DNA from: Alkalispirochaeta sp.
GTDB lineage: Bacteria; Spirochaetota; Spirochaetia; DSM-27196; Alkalispirochaetaceae
Reading direction: 5' to 3'
DNA length: 64,000 nucleotides
Assembly (NCBI GenBank): GCA_965601925.1
Contig: OZ271854.1
Span: 4,480,001-4,544,000 of the forward strand
Position 1 is the first letter of the stretch. Each line of letters opens with the position of its first letter. A model generated the notes under the pieces. That model saw nothing but the letters and a program-made list of their open reading frames with translations. It did not search any database and was not told where the DNA came from. The translations under genes and the position numbers were made by a program. This document shows, piece after piece, positions 8,803 through 18,939 of this stretch.

Positions 8803-10419
8803 TCAGTTGAAGTCGGTCAAACTCAATATGCGAATCGCACCATCCTCGTCCTGCACGACGAGTCGATCACCGCGGGTGACGATATCGGTACGGGCCAAAA
8901 CCGGTTCCGCCGATCGTCGCAATAGAACGAGTTGGGCGTCAAACTCCCCGATGTAGAAACGTCCAGCGTCGGGAACAACGGCGAGAATCGTGCCGCCGAC
9001 GGGTCGAATTCTACCCCCCGGCACGACCTCGACGTCGCTTTCGGCGATCACGCCGAGAGACGCGGCGTCGAGCAGGAGCAGGCGGCGACTTCTCTCATTG
9101 GCCACCAAAATACCGCTCTGAAACGTAACCAGATCGCGATCAACGATGGGAATCGTACGCTCGCCCGCTACCGCCGCCTCGGTGAGGTCTACGACCGCGA
9201 GTTCGAATTGTGCGCCTCCGCGGGCAACGACGAACGGCACGAACTCACGACCGCCCTCACCCGTCTCGAGGATCTCAAGATCCTCGGCAGTCTCTTCGTA
9301 GAGCTCGGCGACTCGTTCGGTTAACTCTTCCAGATCCTCCGTCTCGCGATCCAGGGTCTCCTGCCGCTCCTCTATCGCGCGCTCTTCGGTCGCCAACTCC
9401 TCCTGCTCCCGACGTAGCTCGGTGAGTCGCTCCTCGGTCTCGGTATCATCGACGGCCTCAGTCGGTTCCGCTCGTTCGTCTTCGTCATCCGCTGCCGGCG
9501 CCTCAACCGGCGCCTCTTCGTCGCGCGCCTGCGTCGCCCCATCGGCTTCGAGCTCAGCGGCGGCGGTATCGTCCGTATCGTCGCCTTCAAGGGCGCGGAT
9601 CTCGGCTTCGACCTCGCGTTGACGCTCCGCGACCGCCTCACGCTCCTCGTCAAGCGCGACTTGCTCCTCACGGATCGCCTCCACCCGCTCTTCGATGACC
9701 CGCTCGATAAATGCGATGATCGCCTTTCTATCTTCAATACCGAGGTCGCTTCTGCTGCGCAGCTCGGCGATCACCTGCGGGTCCACGAGCTGACCGGTAT
9801 CCACGGCGTCCAAATCTCCGGGAGCGCGATCATCCCGAATAGGTAGTACGATCTGCGTCTGTCCCGGCCATTGAAGATATGAGATCGCCAGACCCGCCCG
9901 TTCGGGGTCGAGGGCCGCCACTACTTCGGTTCGATATCGTCCGGAAAAAAGGTCCATGGCGCCGCGATACACGGCGTTGTAGATCGTGGCGAAGCGGGCC
10001 ACTAGATCGGCGTCGGACGTCTCGTAGTCCCAAGCGGCCTCGAGATAGCCGGCCACAATGCGTCTGAGGTTGTCGATATGGTCGACCCGGGCGTCCTCGG
10101 CGAGCTCGATAATATCGGCCGAAAAAAGGGCCGAATCGGCGTCGCCGAGTATACGCGTCACGCGATAACGCCCCTCGAAGTCTCCACGACCGTCCTCGGT
10201 CATCCCACGCCCAAGAGCATCGCCGATACCGCGAATCGCTTCACGCGTATCGATACTTTCTACCGGTCCTTCGTAATTCTCAAACTCGATATCCGCACCG
10301 GAGGTCTCTTCAAGCTCGCTTCGGTCGAGCTCAAGCGCGAGACCGGGCGCCGTCGCAAACGATAGCAGAAGTCCGATACTCACCATCACCGTATACACGC
10401 GGCGCGTTGTGTTCATCAC
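8803..10419 (-). CDS. P83/100-family spirochaete protein
   Basis: Signal peptide, then LELDRSEL...IEFENYEGP...IRGIG, HIDNLRRIVAGYL and FATIYNAVYRG; acidic coiled coil. Start GTG 10419 or ATG 10416. Confidence 0.8.
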   Translation of the reverse strand: MMNTTRRVYTVMVSIGLLLSFATAPGLALELDRSELEETSGADIEFENYEGPVESIDTREAIRGIGDALGRGMTEDGRGDFEGRYRVTRILGDADSALFSADIIELAEDARVDHIDNLRRIVAGYLEAAWDYETSDADLVARFATIYNAVYRGAMDLFSGRYRTEVVAALDPERAGLAISYLQWPGQTQIVLPIRDDRAPGDLDAVDTGQLVDPQVIAELRSRSDLGIEDRKAIIAFIERVIEERVEAIREEQVALDEEREAVAERQREVEAEIRALEGDDTDDTAAAELEADGATQARDEEAPVEAPAADDEDERAEPTEAVDDTETEERLTELRREQEELATEERAIEERQETLDRETEDLEELTERVAELYEETAEDLEILETGEGGREFVPFVVARGGAQFELAVVDLTEAAVAGERTIPIVDRDLVTFQSGILVANERSRRLLLLDAASLGVIAESDVEVVPGGRIRPVGGTILAVVPDAGRFYIGEFDAQLVLLRRSAEPVLARTDIVTRGDRLVVQDEDGAIRILSLTDFN

Positions 10420-10513
10420 GTTACGAGTATATCGTAAGAGGGAAGCCGCTGCACAGAGTACCGCCTCGCCTCCCCCTTTTAGCGACATCACAAGCCGGAT
10501 ATACTCACAGGTA

Positions 10514-11290
10514 ATGTTCGGGTTTTTGATAAAAAAAGCGTTCTTCGATCTGTGGGATAACTTCCTTCCGGCGATCCTCGTCAATCTGGGATTCATCGCC
10601 GTATTGGCGGTACCGATACTGCTTCCGCCCGTTGTCGGAGCGGCGGGCGCGGCATTCGGCTTTGTCGTGCTCGCCGTCGGAGTAGTCGTCGGAATCGTCT
10701 ACTTGGGGGGAGTATTCGGAATCGCCGGGGAGATCACCGATTATCAGAGCTTGGAGTGGCGTTCCTTTTTTACGCCGTTGCGATCGTGGCTTCCGGCGAC
10801 GTTGACGCTGGGAGGGATCACCGTAGTGCATGCGGCGTTACTCGCCGTGGCGATTCCCGTGTACAGCGCCATGAACAACCTGTTCGGTCTCTTTGCGATC
10901 GCCGTACTGTTTTGGATGTCCGTTATCTGGTGGCTCAGCGCGCAGTTTTTTCTTCCCGTGCGAGGCCGCCTGAATACGAACCCCGTAAAAGTATTACGAA
11001 AGTCGTTCATCCTATCGTTCGACAACACCGGTTTCACCATCGCTCTCGCCTTGGGAGGCGTGGTGATTCTCGCCGTTTCGTTCTTTACCGCCTTCCTGAT
11101 TCCCGGCGTGGCCGGACTCGCCATCTGGTATCAAGCGGCGGTGAAACTACGTCTCTATAAGTACGATTATCTCGAAGAGCACCCCGAGGCGTCTCGCAAG
11201 GATATTCCCTGGGATGCCCTTCTCTACGACGATCGGGAACGCGTCGGAAAGCGTACCCTCAAGGGCATGATCTTTCCGTGGAAGGAATAG
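10514..11290 (+). CDS. conserved integral membrane protein (DUF624-like)
   Basis: MFGFLIKKAFFDLWDN, about 6 TM segments, C-terminus RTLKGMIFPWKE. TATACT lies 8 nt upstream of ATG 10514. Confidence 0.7.
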   Translation: MFGFLIKKAFFDLWDNFLPAILVNLGFIAVLAVPILLPPVVGAAGAAFGFVVLAVGVVVGIVYLGGVFGIAGEITDYQSLEWRSFFTPLRSWLPATLTLGGITVVHAALLAVAIPVYSAMNNLFGLFAIAVLFWMSVIWWLSAQFFLPVRGRLNTNPVKVLRKSFILSFDNTGFTIALALGGVVILAVSFFTAFLIPGVAGLAIWYQAAVKLRLYKYDYLEEHPEASRKDIPWDALLYDDRERVGKRTLKGMIFPWKE

Positions 11291-11311
11291 GGTCGACGAT
11301 GTCGCTCCACA

Positions 11312-12088
11312 CTACTCCCTCGTCGCCGCGTCGGGCTCACCGTCGGTATCGGACTCACCCGTCGTAGCCGGCTCGGTCTCCACGCGGCTCTCGCCCTCGG
11401 TTGGTGTGAGGTAGCGTACCGCGAGGTACAGCACCGGCGTATCGGCGAGGGCAACGATCGCCTTAAAGAGATAGGTCGTGATCACGATCTGGATCAGCAC
11501 CGGAACCGAAAATACTCCGAGGAAGGCCACCAACGTGAATATGACGCTGTCGATGAGCTGACTGACGATGGTACTGAGATTGTTCCTAATCCATAGCGGC
11601 CCGGGGAAACGCTCGCGCCATAGGTGATACGCCCATACGTCGTGCGCCTGACTCACGAGATATGCCGCGAGGCTCGCTACCGCAATGCGCGGCAACACAC
11701 CGAACACGTTCGAAAGGGCGCCGTGCATGACATCGGACGGAGCAGGCTCAAAGAGAAGCGCCAGCTGCATGAGCACGGTTACGGTCACGATCGCGAAAAA
11801 ACCCACGGCGATTCCCTTGCGTGCCGCGCGTTTGCCGTACCGCTCCGAGAGAATATCGGTTGCAAGGAACGATCCGGCATACACGATGTTTCCAAGCGTC
11901 GCCGTTAACCCGAGGATTTCGACCGTTTTGCTCACTTGTATGTTCGCCACGACACCCGCGAGGGCGATCCACACGTACAAACCGGCGCGACCGAGAAACC
12001 GATATACCAAGAGAATCGCGGCGAAATTAACGATGAGCATGACGGCCCATAACACCTCGTTGGCGACAAGCGCGTTTACGATATCCAC
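11312..12088 (-). CDS. queuosine precursor transporter (YhhQ/Vut_1 family)
   Basis: ANIQVSK, FLATDILSERYG, ASLAAYLVSQAHDV, RNNLSTIVSQLIDS, DTP. Confidence 0.85.
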   Translation of the reverse strand: MDIVNALVANEVLWAVMLIVNFAAILLVYRFLGRAGLYVWIALAGVVANIQVSKTVEILGLTATLGNIVYAGSFLATDILSERYGKRAARKGIAVGFFAIVTVTVLMQLALLFEPAPSDVMHGALSNVFGVLPRIAVASLAAYLVSQAHDVWAYHLWRERFPGPLWIRNNLSTIVSQLIDSVIFTLVAFLGVFSVPVLIQIVITTYLFKAIVALADTPVLYLAVRYLTPTEGESRVETEPATTGESDTDGEPDAATRE

Positions 12089-13212
12089 AATTCCTCCTGA
12101 GAAAAGTCGACGGGTCGTCGGTTATCGGCGAGACGACGGCCGAGAAAGTCGGTATCGAGTTGAAGACGCCGCACGATGCGTCGCAACAGAAGTTCGCTGA
12201 TCAAGTTTTGCTCGGCAAAGAGAAACACGAGTGCGCGTTCGGCCAGACACGGAACGTTGAGTGCGTTACGACTCAAGCGGTCCGACTCGCCGTCGCCCGG
12301 GTGGTGTTCGGCGAGCCACTCTCCGAGTCGGGATTGTGGGGGACGGTGTTTCAGGGAGGCGAGCTCCTCCTCCAACTCGTCGGCGTTCCCGGCGGCGGCG
12401 CGCTCTCCCAGGGGCTTGAGGACGAGATAGGTGTAATCCTTCCCCGGAAGAATGTGATGCTCGCCGCAGCGCGTGGCGTAATTGGGCTCACGCTCGTCGA
12501 CGCTGGCGCGATCCCCGCCGATAATGATCAACGGGTCGAAGTAGACCGCCGGACACTCCTCGCCGTCGACTACGTAGTACCGATAGGTATAGCTCGAATC
12601 GGTGAGGCACGTGCGGTGCTCGCAGTACGCCGACAGGGGAAAGGCGTCGGAGGCGATTTCGAGTAAGAGGCTCGCGGTCGTATTAAACACGGCATTACGA
12701 AAGTTCAGAATGAGCGTCGGCAGGACGAACACCAGACCGCGCGACGAGGAGAGACGCTGAATGACGTAGGCGATACGCTCGTCGTAGAACGATGCCTCGT
12801 CGATGATCCAGGTCCCCACCTCGGGGTGCTTCGCCACCAGATCCTCCAACTCAAACGACGAGCCGATATCGGCAATAGAGGCGCCGAGTTGCTCGTAGCC
12901 GCCGCGATACGCGAGGGCGTCCTCGGGATACTCGGAGAAGCGACGTCGATCCAGACGGGAGCGTACGAAAAAGACGCGTCTAAGGTCCGCACCGTCGACG
13001 GTGGTACAGCCCCGTATCGCACGATCCTTGGAGAGAGCTACTTGAGAATCGCGCCACACTTGCGCCGCAAACCCGGTCTTTCCCGATCCCATGGGACCTA
13101 CGACGAGGATACGCCGTCCCGGTCGGGTAAAGTCGAAATGGTTGATCGGATGGTGTACGTGCAGTTGCGGCAGGCCCAGCGTCCGATAGAAGTCCGCGTA
13201 GTTGTCGTTCAT
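12076..13212 (-). CDS. tdk: thymidine kinase, long spirochaete-type form
   Basis: GPMGSGKT, IIDEASF, Zn-site CEHRTC...RCGEHH, and a C-terminal helical extension. Confidence 0.75.
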   Translation of the reverse strand: MNDNYADFYRTLGLPQLHVHHPINHFDFTRPGRRILVVGPMGSGKTGFAAQVWRDSQVALSKDRAIRGCTTVDGADLRRVFFVRSRLDRRRFSEYPEDALAYRGGYEQLGASIADIGSSFELEDLVAKHPEVGTWIIDEASFYDERIAYVIQRLSSSRGLVFVLPTLILNFRNAVFNTTASLLLEIASDAFPLSAYCEHRTCLTDSSYTYRYYVVDGEECPAVYFDPLIIIGGDRASVDEREPNYATRCGEHHILPGKDYTYLVLKPLGERAAAGNADELEEELASLKHRPPQSRLGEWLAEHHPGDGESDRLSRNALNVPCLAERALVFLFAEQNLISELLLRRIVRRLQLDTDFLGRRLADNRRPVDFSQEELWIS

Positions 13213-13928
13213 GCGCGGCGAGGATCTACAACGGTGTTCCGAAGGGTACCGATCTTCTCGATTTCGACCTCGATGACATCGCCGTGGGCGATCGGGCCGA
13301 CTCCGGCCGGCGTACCGGTCAACAGTACATCGCCGGGCAGTAGGGTGAAGTTGCGAGAGACGTAGTGGATGGTTTCGGCGACCGGTAGAATCATCTCGCC
13401 GGTATTACCCTCCTGCACGATCTCGCCGTTGCGACGCGTCACGATGGAAAGACTCTGCGGATCATCGATCTCCTGCGGCGTCACCAAACGTGGCCCCATG
13501 GGAAGGAACGTGTCGAACGATTTTCCACGAAACCATCCGGATCGATCGCCGTTCTGTATATTGCGTTGACTCACATCGTCGGCACAGGTGTAGCCGAGCA
13601 CGTACTCCATCGCCCGCTCGACGGGGATATCGGCCCCCTCTCGACCGATAACGACCGCTAACTCCCCTTCGTAGTCGGTGCGCTCTTCGTCAAAGTGGTA
13701 GTCTGCGAGGATTCGCGGGAGCACGATCGGCTCGTTGTGTCCCACAATTGAGGAGGGAAGCTTGGGAAACAACACCGGCTCCGCGGGCTCCACCGGATCA
13801 AAACCGCGCACCTTAACCGATACACTCTCTTTAATGTGTTCGCGATAGTTAAGCCCCAGTGCGATTACCTTGCTCGGAGTCAACTGATAGACCCCGCCTG
13901 AATAAGTCAGTTCAAGAGCACGTTTCAT
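13209..13928 (-). CDS. fumarylacetoacetate hydrolase family protein
   Basis: LGLNYREH, DYEGELAVVIG, GYTCADDVSQR, KSFDTF, GDVLLTGTPAGV. Confidence 0.9.
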   Translation of the reverse strand: MKRALELTYSGGVYQLTPSKVIALGLNYREHIKESVSVKVRGFDPVEPAEPVLFPKLPSSIVGHNEPIVLPRILADYHFDEERTDYEGELAVVIGREGADIPVERAMEYVLGYTCADDVSQRNIQNGDRSGWFRGKSFDTFLPMGPRLVTPQEIDDPQSLSIVTRRNGEIVQEGNTGEMILPVAETIHYVSRNFTLLPGDVLLTGTPAGVGPIAHGDVIEVEIEKIGTLRNTVVDPRRA

Positions 13929-13951
13929 GTCGATGAGTCTATGGCGTATGC

Positions 13952-14605
13952 CTACGGAAGCTCAATGGGAACCGGCTCGCCGAGGAAGCGCGGACCGGTA
14001 CCGAATACGTACACGTCGAGGACGGCTTGCACCCGAGCGGCATATTCTCTCAATCGCACGCTGAGATAGGCCCTGCCGGTCACATCCTCAGCTGCGAATC
14101 CGACCGCGTTAATACCGAACGCGTCGGCCAAAAAAAGCGCCCGTTCCACATGAAATCGTTGCGAAACGATAATGAAGTTGTCTTGTCCGAACACTTCATG
14201 CATCCGAACGACCGAGTCCAAGGTTCTGAATCCCGCGTAATCCTGTACGATCCGCTCTGCGGGCACGCCGCGCTCGGTGAGCGCATCGGTCATTTGCGCC
14301 GGCTCGTTGTAATTCGTATGGGAGTTGTCTCCGCTGGCGACTACGACGTCGGCGCGTCCACTCTCAATTAATGTGGCGGCGGCCCGTACACGACGTTCAA
14401 AAAACGGATTGGGTCGCCCGGACCGGCTGAAACGGCTGGTACCGAGAAGCAGCACGGCATCGTGATCGGAGAGCTCACGATAATCCGAATAGATACGGTC
14501 CGCCGCGGCGTTGCGCACCATGCTGTGGGATAGAAAGACCACGATGAGAAGGAGAAAGCATCCATATTTCACGACGTGGCGTACAACTGAGAAAAAACGA
14601 TTCAT
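13952..14605 (-). CDS. sanA: SanA/YdcF (DUF218) family protein
   Basis: LLLGT, ASGDN...YNEP, DYAGFRTLDSVVR, SQRFHVERA, RE motif. Confidence 0.8.
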   Translation of the reverse strand: MNRFFSVVRHVVKYGCFLLLIVVFLSHSMVRNAAADRIYSDYRELSDHDAVLLLGTSRFSRSGRPNPFFERRVRAAATLIESGRADVVVASGDNSHTNYNEPAQMTDALTERGVPAERIVQDYAGFRTLDSVVRMHEVFGQDNFIIVSQRFHVERALFLADAFGINAVGFAAEDVTGRAYLSVRLREYAARVQAVLDVYVFGTGPRFLGEPVPIELP

Positions 14606-14668
14606 GCAATAGTGCGGACGTTTGGAGATAACGAACGAGGCGAAGGAGAGTCGGTCGCTATATCCTCC

Positions 14669-15373
14669 TCACCCTCCATGTTCACGCATATTGAGGATCG
14701 CATCTATCGCCCGCCGGCGCACGGATCGAATGTAGGCGCTTGAAGCGGTCTCGAGCATGACGCTGATTACCTCGGCGTCGGGGAGTCCGCCGTTGGCCTC
14801 CGAAAGGCGCTCGAGGGAGATGATCAAGGAGAATGCCAGATTGTTATCCGGCGTCGGACTGGCGTTTTCACGCAGGAGCGCCTGCACCAAATGGTCGGAG
14901 ACTTCATTGTTGTCGTTGATACCGATTTGGCCCAACGCATACGCCGCCTCGGCGAGCACCATCGGTTCGGGATCGTCGCGGATGACTCTGACAAGGGAGT
15001 TTTTCGCCTGCTCTCCCCCGACTTCACCGAGCAACGCGGTCGCCTGTCGACGAATCTCGGGGAAATTATTGATGACTGCGCCGTTGGAACGTACCTGTCT
15101 CGCGGTACCTTCCGTCGCAAGGGATTCGAGAATGATGTATACGTCCTGCGACTGGTTGCCGCCTTGGACCAACTCTCGAATGGTCTGGAGGGCGAGAAGC
15201 TTCACTTCGCGGTCGGTGGATAGAGCTTGGCTACGCATGATCTGGAGTTCCAGATCTTGACTCAAATAGAGCTCTTCGATCGTTCGCGCCGCGCCGTCCC
15301 CATCTTCTTCCTGCGCGACGGCGGGAAAGACCACACCGACAGCCAACAAAAGCACAATCATTTTCTTCATCAT
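14669..15373 (-). CDS. exported HEAT-repeat protein
   Basis: SD GAGGTG, signal peptide, HEAT repeats (IRRQATALLGEVG, AEAAYALGQIG). Confidence 0.7.
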   Translation of the reverse strand: MMKKMIVLLLAVGVVFPAVAQEEDGDGAARTIEELYLSQDLELQIMRSQALSTDREVKLLALQTIRELVQGGNQSQDVYIILESLATEGTARQVRSNGAVINNFPEIRRQATALLGEVGGEQAKNSLVRVIRDDPEPMVLAEAAYALGQIGINDNNEVSDHLVQALLRENASPTPDNNLAFSLIISLERLSEANGGLPDAEVISVMLETASSAYIRSVRRRAIDAILNMREHGG

Positions 15374-15402
15374 TGACACCTCGTTCACGCTCAGACTATA
15401 CC

Positions 15403-16041
15403 CTAAAATATATCAATCTTCCAGCGGTCGCCCTCTTTTTTAAGAAGGTACAGAAGGTAGCGTTGATCTCCAACCTCCATTATCGCCTCTACCGTCTCCT
15501 CGTCTCGAAAGACCAAATCGTCGAGTCGAGCATTTGACCGGCTCGGTACGACAACGTAGCGGAAAAAATCTTCCAAACTTCGAAGACGGATATTGTTTCT
15601 GAGAAGGATTGCCGCCTGAGAACTCCGTGCCAGAACATCGGGATCCGAATATGTCCGACGATATCCCTCGGTGAGATATCGTTGCCACTGTTCGAAGTTA
15701 CGATCGGCGATAATCTGATTCAATTCGGCGATCGTCATCTCGACTTCGGTAAAGGTCTGATCGTAAAGCTCTTCGGAAACCTCTATCGGCCCCGGCTCTT
15801 CGACCTCTTCCAGGACTACCGACTCCTCGGTGTCCGGCTCCGGCTCGACGGGTTCGGGCTCTACGACCGGTTCCGGCTCGCTCTCTTCAGTCGCGACCGG
15901 CTCGGAGAGCGATTCCGACGGAGCCGACTCATCGACGGTCGGGGAGTCATCCACGGTCTCCGGAGCGCCGACGCACCCGCCGAGTAGCACGACCAGGAAA
16001 GCGGCCATCACCATGACGGAACGGCGGATGCTCTCTTTCAT
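15403..16041 (-). CDS. hypothetical lipoprotein
   Basis: Lipobox LLGGC, Glu/Pro-rich linker, compact C-terminal domain. Confidence 0.7.
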   Translation of the reverse strand: MKESIRRSVMVMAAFLVVLLGGCVGAPETVDDSPTVDESAPSESLSEPVATEESEPEPVVEPEPVEPEPDTEESVVLEEVEEPGPIEVSEELYDQTFTEVEMTIAELNQIIADRNFEQWQRYLTEGYRRTYSDPDVLARSSQAAILLRNNIRLRSLEDFFRYVVVPSRSNARLDDLVFRDEETVEAIMEVGDQRYLLYLLKKEGDRWKIDIF

Positions 16042-16048
16042 GGGCGTT

Positions 16049-16115
16049 AGTGTAGTCGGGAGCGGGAAACGCTGTCAATTTGTATATTGCTTAGGTTGGA
16101 TACAAGCCCTACAAT
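16049..16115. promoter_or_regulatory. back-to-back sigma70 promoters
   Basis: Minus strand: TTGACA(16078-16073)-N18-TACACT, 7 nt before ATG 16041. Plus strand: TTGCTT(16087)-N17-TACAAT, then SD GAGAGG before ATG 16132. Confidence 0.65.
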
Positions 16116-16131
16116 TCTCCGAGAGGTAGAG

Positions 16132-18078
16132 ATGGCGTCAGTACAGGACATACGACGAATACTCCATACCTATGTAAAACACACCGGAAACCCTCGCGTC
16201 TCCTTCGAGGTGTTTACGCAGTTCGCGGCGCGTTTTGCAAAACGGTATTCCGCCGGGCATCCCGATCTGGCGCCGCTCACGACCGGAAGCGCTCCGGCGA
16301 TCGTCAAGGAGCATTTGGAGCAGCTGGAGAGCGACGGCTCGGTACAGATGGAAAAAAGTGAGGACGACGCGGTCGTCTCGCTCTACTATCCCGCTTTTTA
16401 CACGACCGAGATCGAACGGTGGTATCACGCTATGCAAGAGGACAGGGAGGTTTCCTTTCCCAGCGAAGAGCATTTGGGGCTGACTATCCCGTCAAACGTC
16501 CTGGAAACGATAAACGTTGCCGACGATCTGATGTATTGGCTTCAGACTCCCGGCGAAAACCTCGACCAGATTCTGCTACTCAAGTACCCGGACGGCATTC
16601 GTCCCGTCGTCACGACGGTCAAATTATTGCGAGAGACCATGCTCCCGCTCGTGGTCGGCAAGATCCGAGATTACTTGCGGATGGATAGAAACGGCAGCTA
16701 CATGGAAACGAAGTTGCGTTCCATTTTTCGCGGTCGGGAGATGCTCGTTCATGAAATCATCGAGACTACGCAGGTCCGGGTGGACGACGCCCTCAAATCG
16801 GTAACGGAACCGAGCGACTTTCATTTCCACTTTTGGACGCAGATGTCCAGCATGATCATTAAAGAGTACGCGCAGAAGGTGGAAAAACTCGATATGGAAC
16901 ACGGGTTTTGCCAAGCGGCGTACCTCCTGGGATACTACAGCGTCTTTCAAAAGGGGCGCCATCAGAAGGATCAAAAGCGTGCGGCGACCCACAAGATGCT
17001 TACCGGGCTCCTTCAAAAGCCGCCGTACGTCTTTACCGTCCAGGACGTCTATCAGCTAACCGACGACAAAGGTATACCGCTCACCAAGCTCGTGCAGCGC
17101 GACGAAATCAACGCGTGGCTGGAGGAGATGCTCAAGCGCCCCAGCGAGCATAAAATCTCCGAGCTCGTGAGTATTAACACGACTGCAAAAGAGGGTCTTA
17201 TGATCCACTCCACGCAGTACGTCCCTCTGTTGCTACGCCAAATCAAGGCCGCCTCGCCCGTCCTTCAGCGCGAGCTCACCGCCGAGATGACCTCCCTCAT
17301 GCTCCACGAACGCAAAGAGGAGTGGCTCACGGACAACGACGCCTTCGAACGCGACCTCGATCGGCGAGTGCGCGATGAGTTTTTCCTCCTCCACGGTCTG
17401 TGCACCTTTCAGACCCTCTTTCTCGTCATCGACGGGCAGGAGCTCCCCGCGGGGCTTCGGCAATCGGCAATCGCACTGATCGACGGTAATCATAAGAAAA
17501 TGCACGAATGGAGCGAGATTCTCGGACTCAATCGCGAGGCGCTGTACCGGGAGGCGCGCTTGCGTCTGCCGTTCTGGATGCTGATACCGGTTTTACGAGG
17601 ATTCGTGCGGCTCCTTCGCAAAATGTTCTCTACCGATGACCGCAGTCGCCAAGCGCCGCGCGCCGCAGCCAAGACGCTCGTGTCGTCGAAAAAAAAGCCG
17701 AGCGCATCGAGCGGTGCGACCGAGTCTCAACGAGAGGTAAAGCGCAAACAATTTCTCGATGCGCTGGCCGAAATGCAGAAGGAGTACATCTCCGGCGACC
17801 AGACCGCGGACCAGCGCCTGAAGGAGCTGCGTCGTCAATGGAATCCGCTCATCGATCCCGCCGCCGGCAATAATCTCGTGGAGGACGTCAACGCGCTGTG
17901 CCGCGACACGCTCCGTAGGATGCGGTATACCAGGACGCTTCAGCCGCCGAACCGACAACGGATTGAGGAGCTGGCCAAGCGTATCGCCTCCAACGATGCG
18001 TTCGATCGCATTAAGCGGCGTAAAGCCTTCGAGACCTATCTCAAGCTCTATATGCTTACGGCGCTCCGCCGAACGTAG
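16132..18078 (+). CDS. large conserved hypothetical alpha-helical protein
   Basis: 648-aa ORF with its own promoter and SD; no motif recognised. Confidence 0.75.
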   Translation: MASVQDIRRILHTYVKHTGNPRVSFEVFTQFAARFAKRYSAGHPDLAPLTTGSAPAIVKEHLEQLESDGSVQMEKSEDDAVVSLYYPAFYTTEIERWYHAMQEDREVSFPSEEHLGLTIPSNVLETINVADDLMYWLQTPGENLDQILLLKYPDGIRPVVTTVKLLRETMLPLVVGKIRDYLRMDRNGSYMETKLRSIFRGREMLVHEIIETTQVRVDDALKSVTEPSDFHFHFWTQMSSMIIKEYAQKVEKLDMEHGFCQAAYLLGYYSVFQKGRHQKDQKRAATHKMLTGLLQKPPYVFTVQDVYQLTDDKGIPLTKLVQRDEINAWLEEMLKRPSEHKISELVSINTTAKEGLMIHSTQYVPLLLRQIKAASPVLQRELTAEMTSLMLHERKEEWLTDNDAFERDLDRRVRDEFFLLHGLCTFQTLFLVIDGQELPAGLRQSAIALIDGNHKKMHEWSEILGLNREALYREARLRLPFWMLIPVLRGFVRLLRKMFSTDDRSRQAPRAAAKTLVSSKKKPSASSGATESQREVKRKQFLDALAEMQKEYISGDQTADQRLKELRRQWNPLIDPAAGNNLVEDVNALCRDTLRRMRYTRTLQPPNRQRIEELAKRIASNDAFDRIKRRKAFETYLKLYMLTALRRT

Positions 18079-18613
18079 CATTCCGCGATGCATCGGATCG
18101 CCCGATATACACCGCCATCACGAAGTCTTCGTGCACCTCGGAACCGACCGCAAACTGTGTGTCCCCGACTATGACGAAGCCCTCCTTCTCGTAGAAGGCG
18201 ACGGCGCGCGCGTTTTCCTTGGAGACGGTCAGCCGGATGCGATCCCATCGCCGTTCTACGGCCGCCGCAAAGACGGCGGCCATTAATGCGCGGCCGACGC
18301 CCTTGCGATGGAACGCCGGCCGCACGTAGAGCTGCCGCACATTCCCGGCGGGGCTGCCCCAGTCTTCATCGACGTCGCAATCGCGTATCAGGGCATACCC
18401 CACGCGTTCTCCGCCGTAGTCGGCGACATAGAGCGCGGAGCGAACGTCGGCGAGGCTTGCACGAAATCGGGCCGGCGACAGCTCGCGTTGCAGATGATAT
18501 TCCACGTCTTTCGGGTTCGTTCGCGGTGGACAGGCGAGCGCGAACGTCTCACGAGCGATACGGGACACGGAGTCGATATCGCCGGCGGCCGCACGCCGCA
18601 CGACCACGCTCAC
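18056..18613 (-). CDS. GNAT family N-acetyltransferase (PaiA-like)
   Basis: LYVRPAFHRKGVGRALM, VSKENARAVAFYEKEGF. Confidence 0.85.
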   Translation of the reverse strand: MSVVVRRAAAGDIDSVSRIARETFALACPPRTNPKDVEYHLQRELSPARFRASLADVRSALYVADYGGERVGYALIRDCDVDEDWGSPAGNVRQLYVRPAFHRKGVGRALMAAVFAAAVERRWDRIRLTVSKENARAVAFYEKEGFVIVGDTQFAVGSEVHEDFVMAVYIGRSDASRNATFGGAP

Positions 18614-18867
18614 GGCTGGGACCGTGGGAAGCGTCGCGCCGCCGGATTCGCGTCGACTCCATCGAGCCTCGGCTCGCGGTATCCCTCGCGGCGCGCGAGA
18701 TCGTGGAGGATCGCCGGAAGACGCGTCTCCACGCCGCGCCCACGCGCGGAAGAGCGTACGGCGATACCGTCTAAAAGCAACCGCCCCGGCTCGGGCGTGC
18801 GCCCATACAGCGAGAGCATCAAGGCGGCCCGTGTACCGCGAACGTACTCGATCTCATGCTCCGTCAT
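18610..18867 (-). pseudogene. degenerate GNAT acetyltransferase remnant
   Basis: SD GGAGG, then MTEHEIEYVRG joined directly to a C-terminal GNAT part (LLLDGIAVRSSARGRGV...NPAARRF). Lacks the LYERxGF end. Confidence 0.55.
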
Positions 18868-18939
18868 ACCGCACGCCTCCAAAAGCCGTGTATCGTATCA
18901 CATTACGAGACTTGGATAGCCGCATCCCCGCGCATGTCG

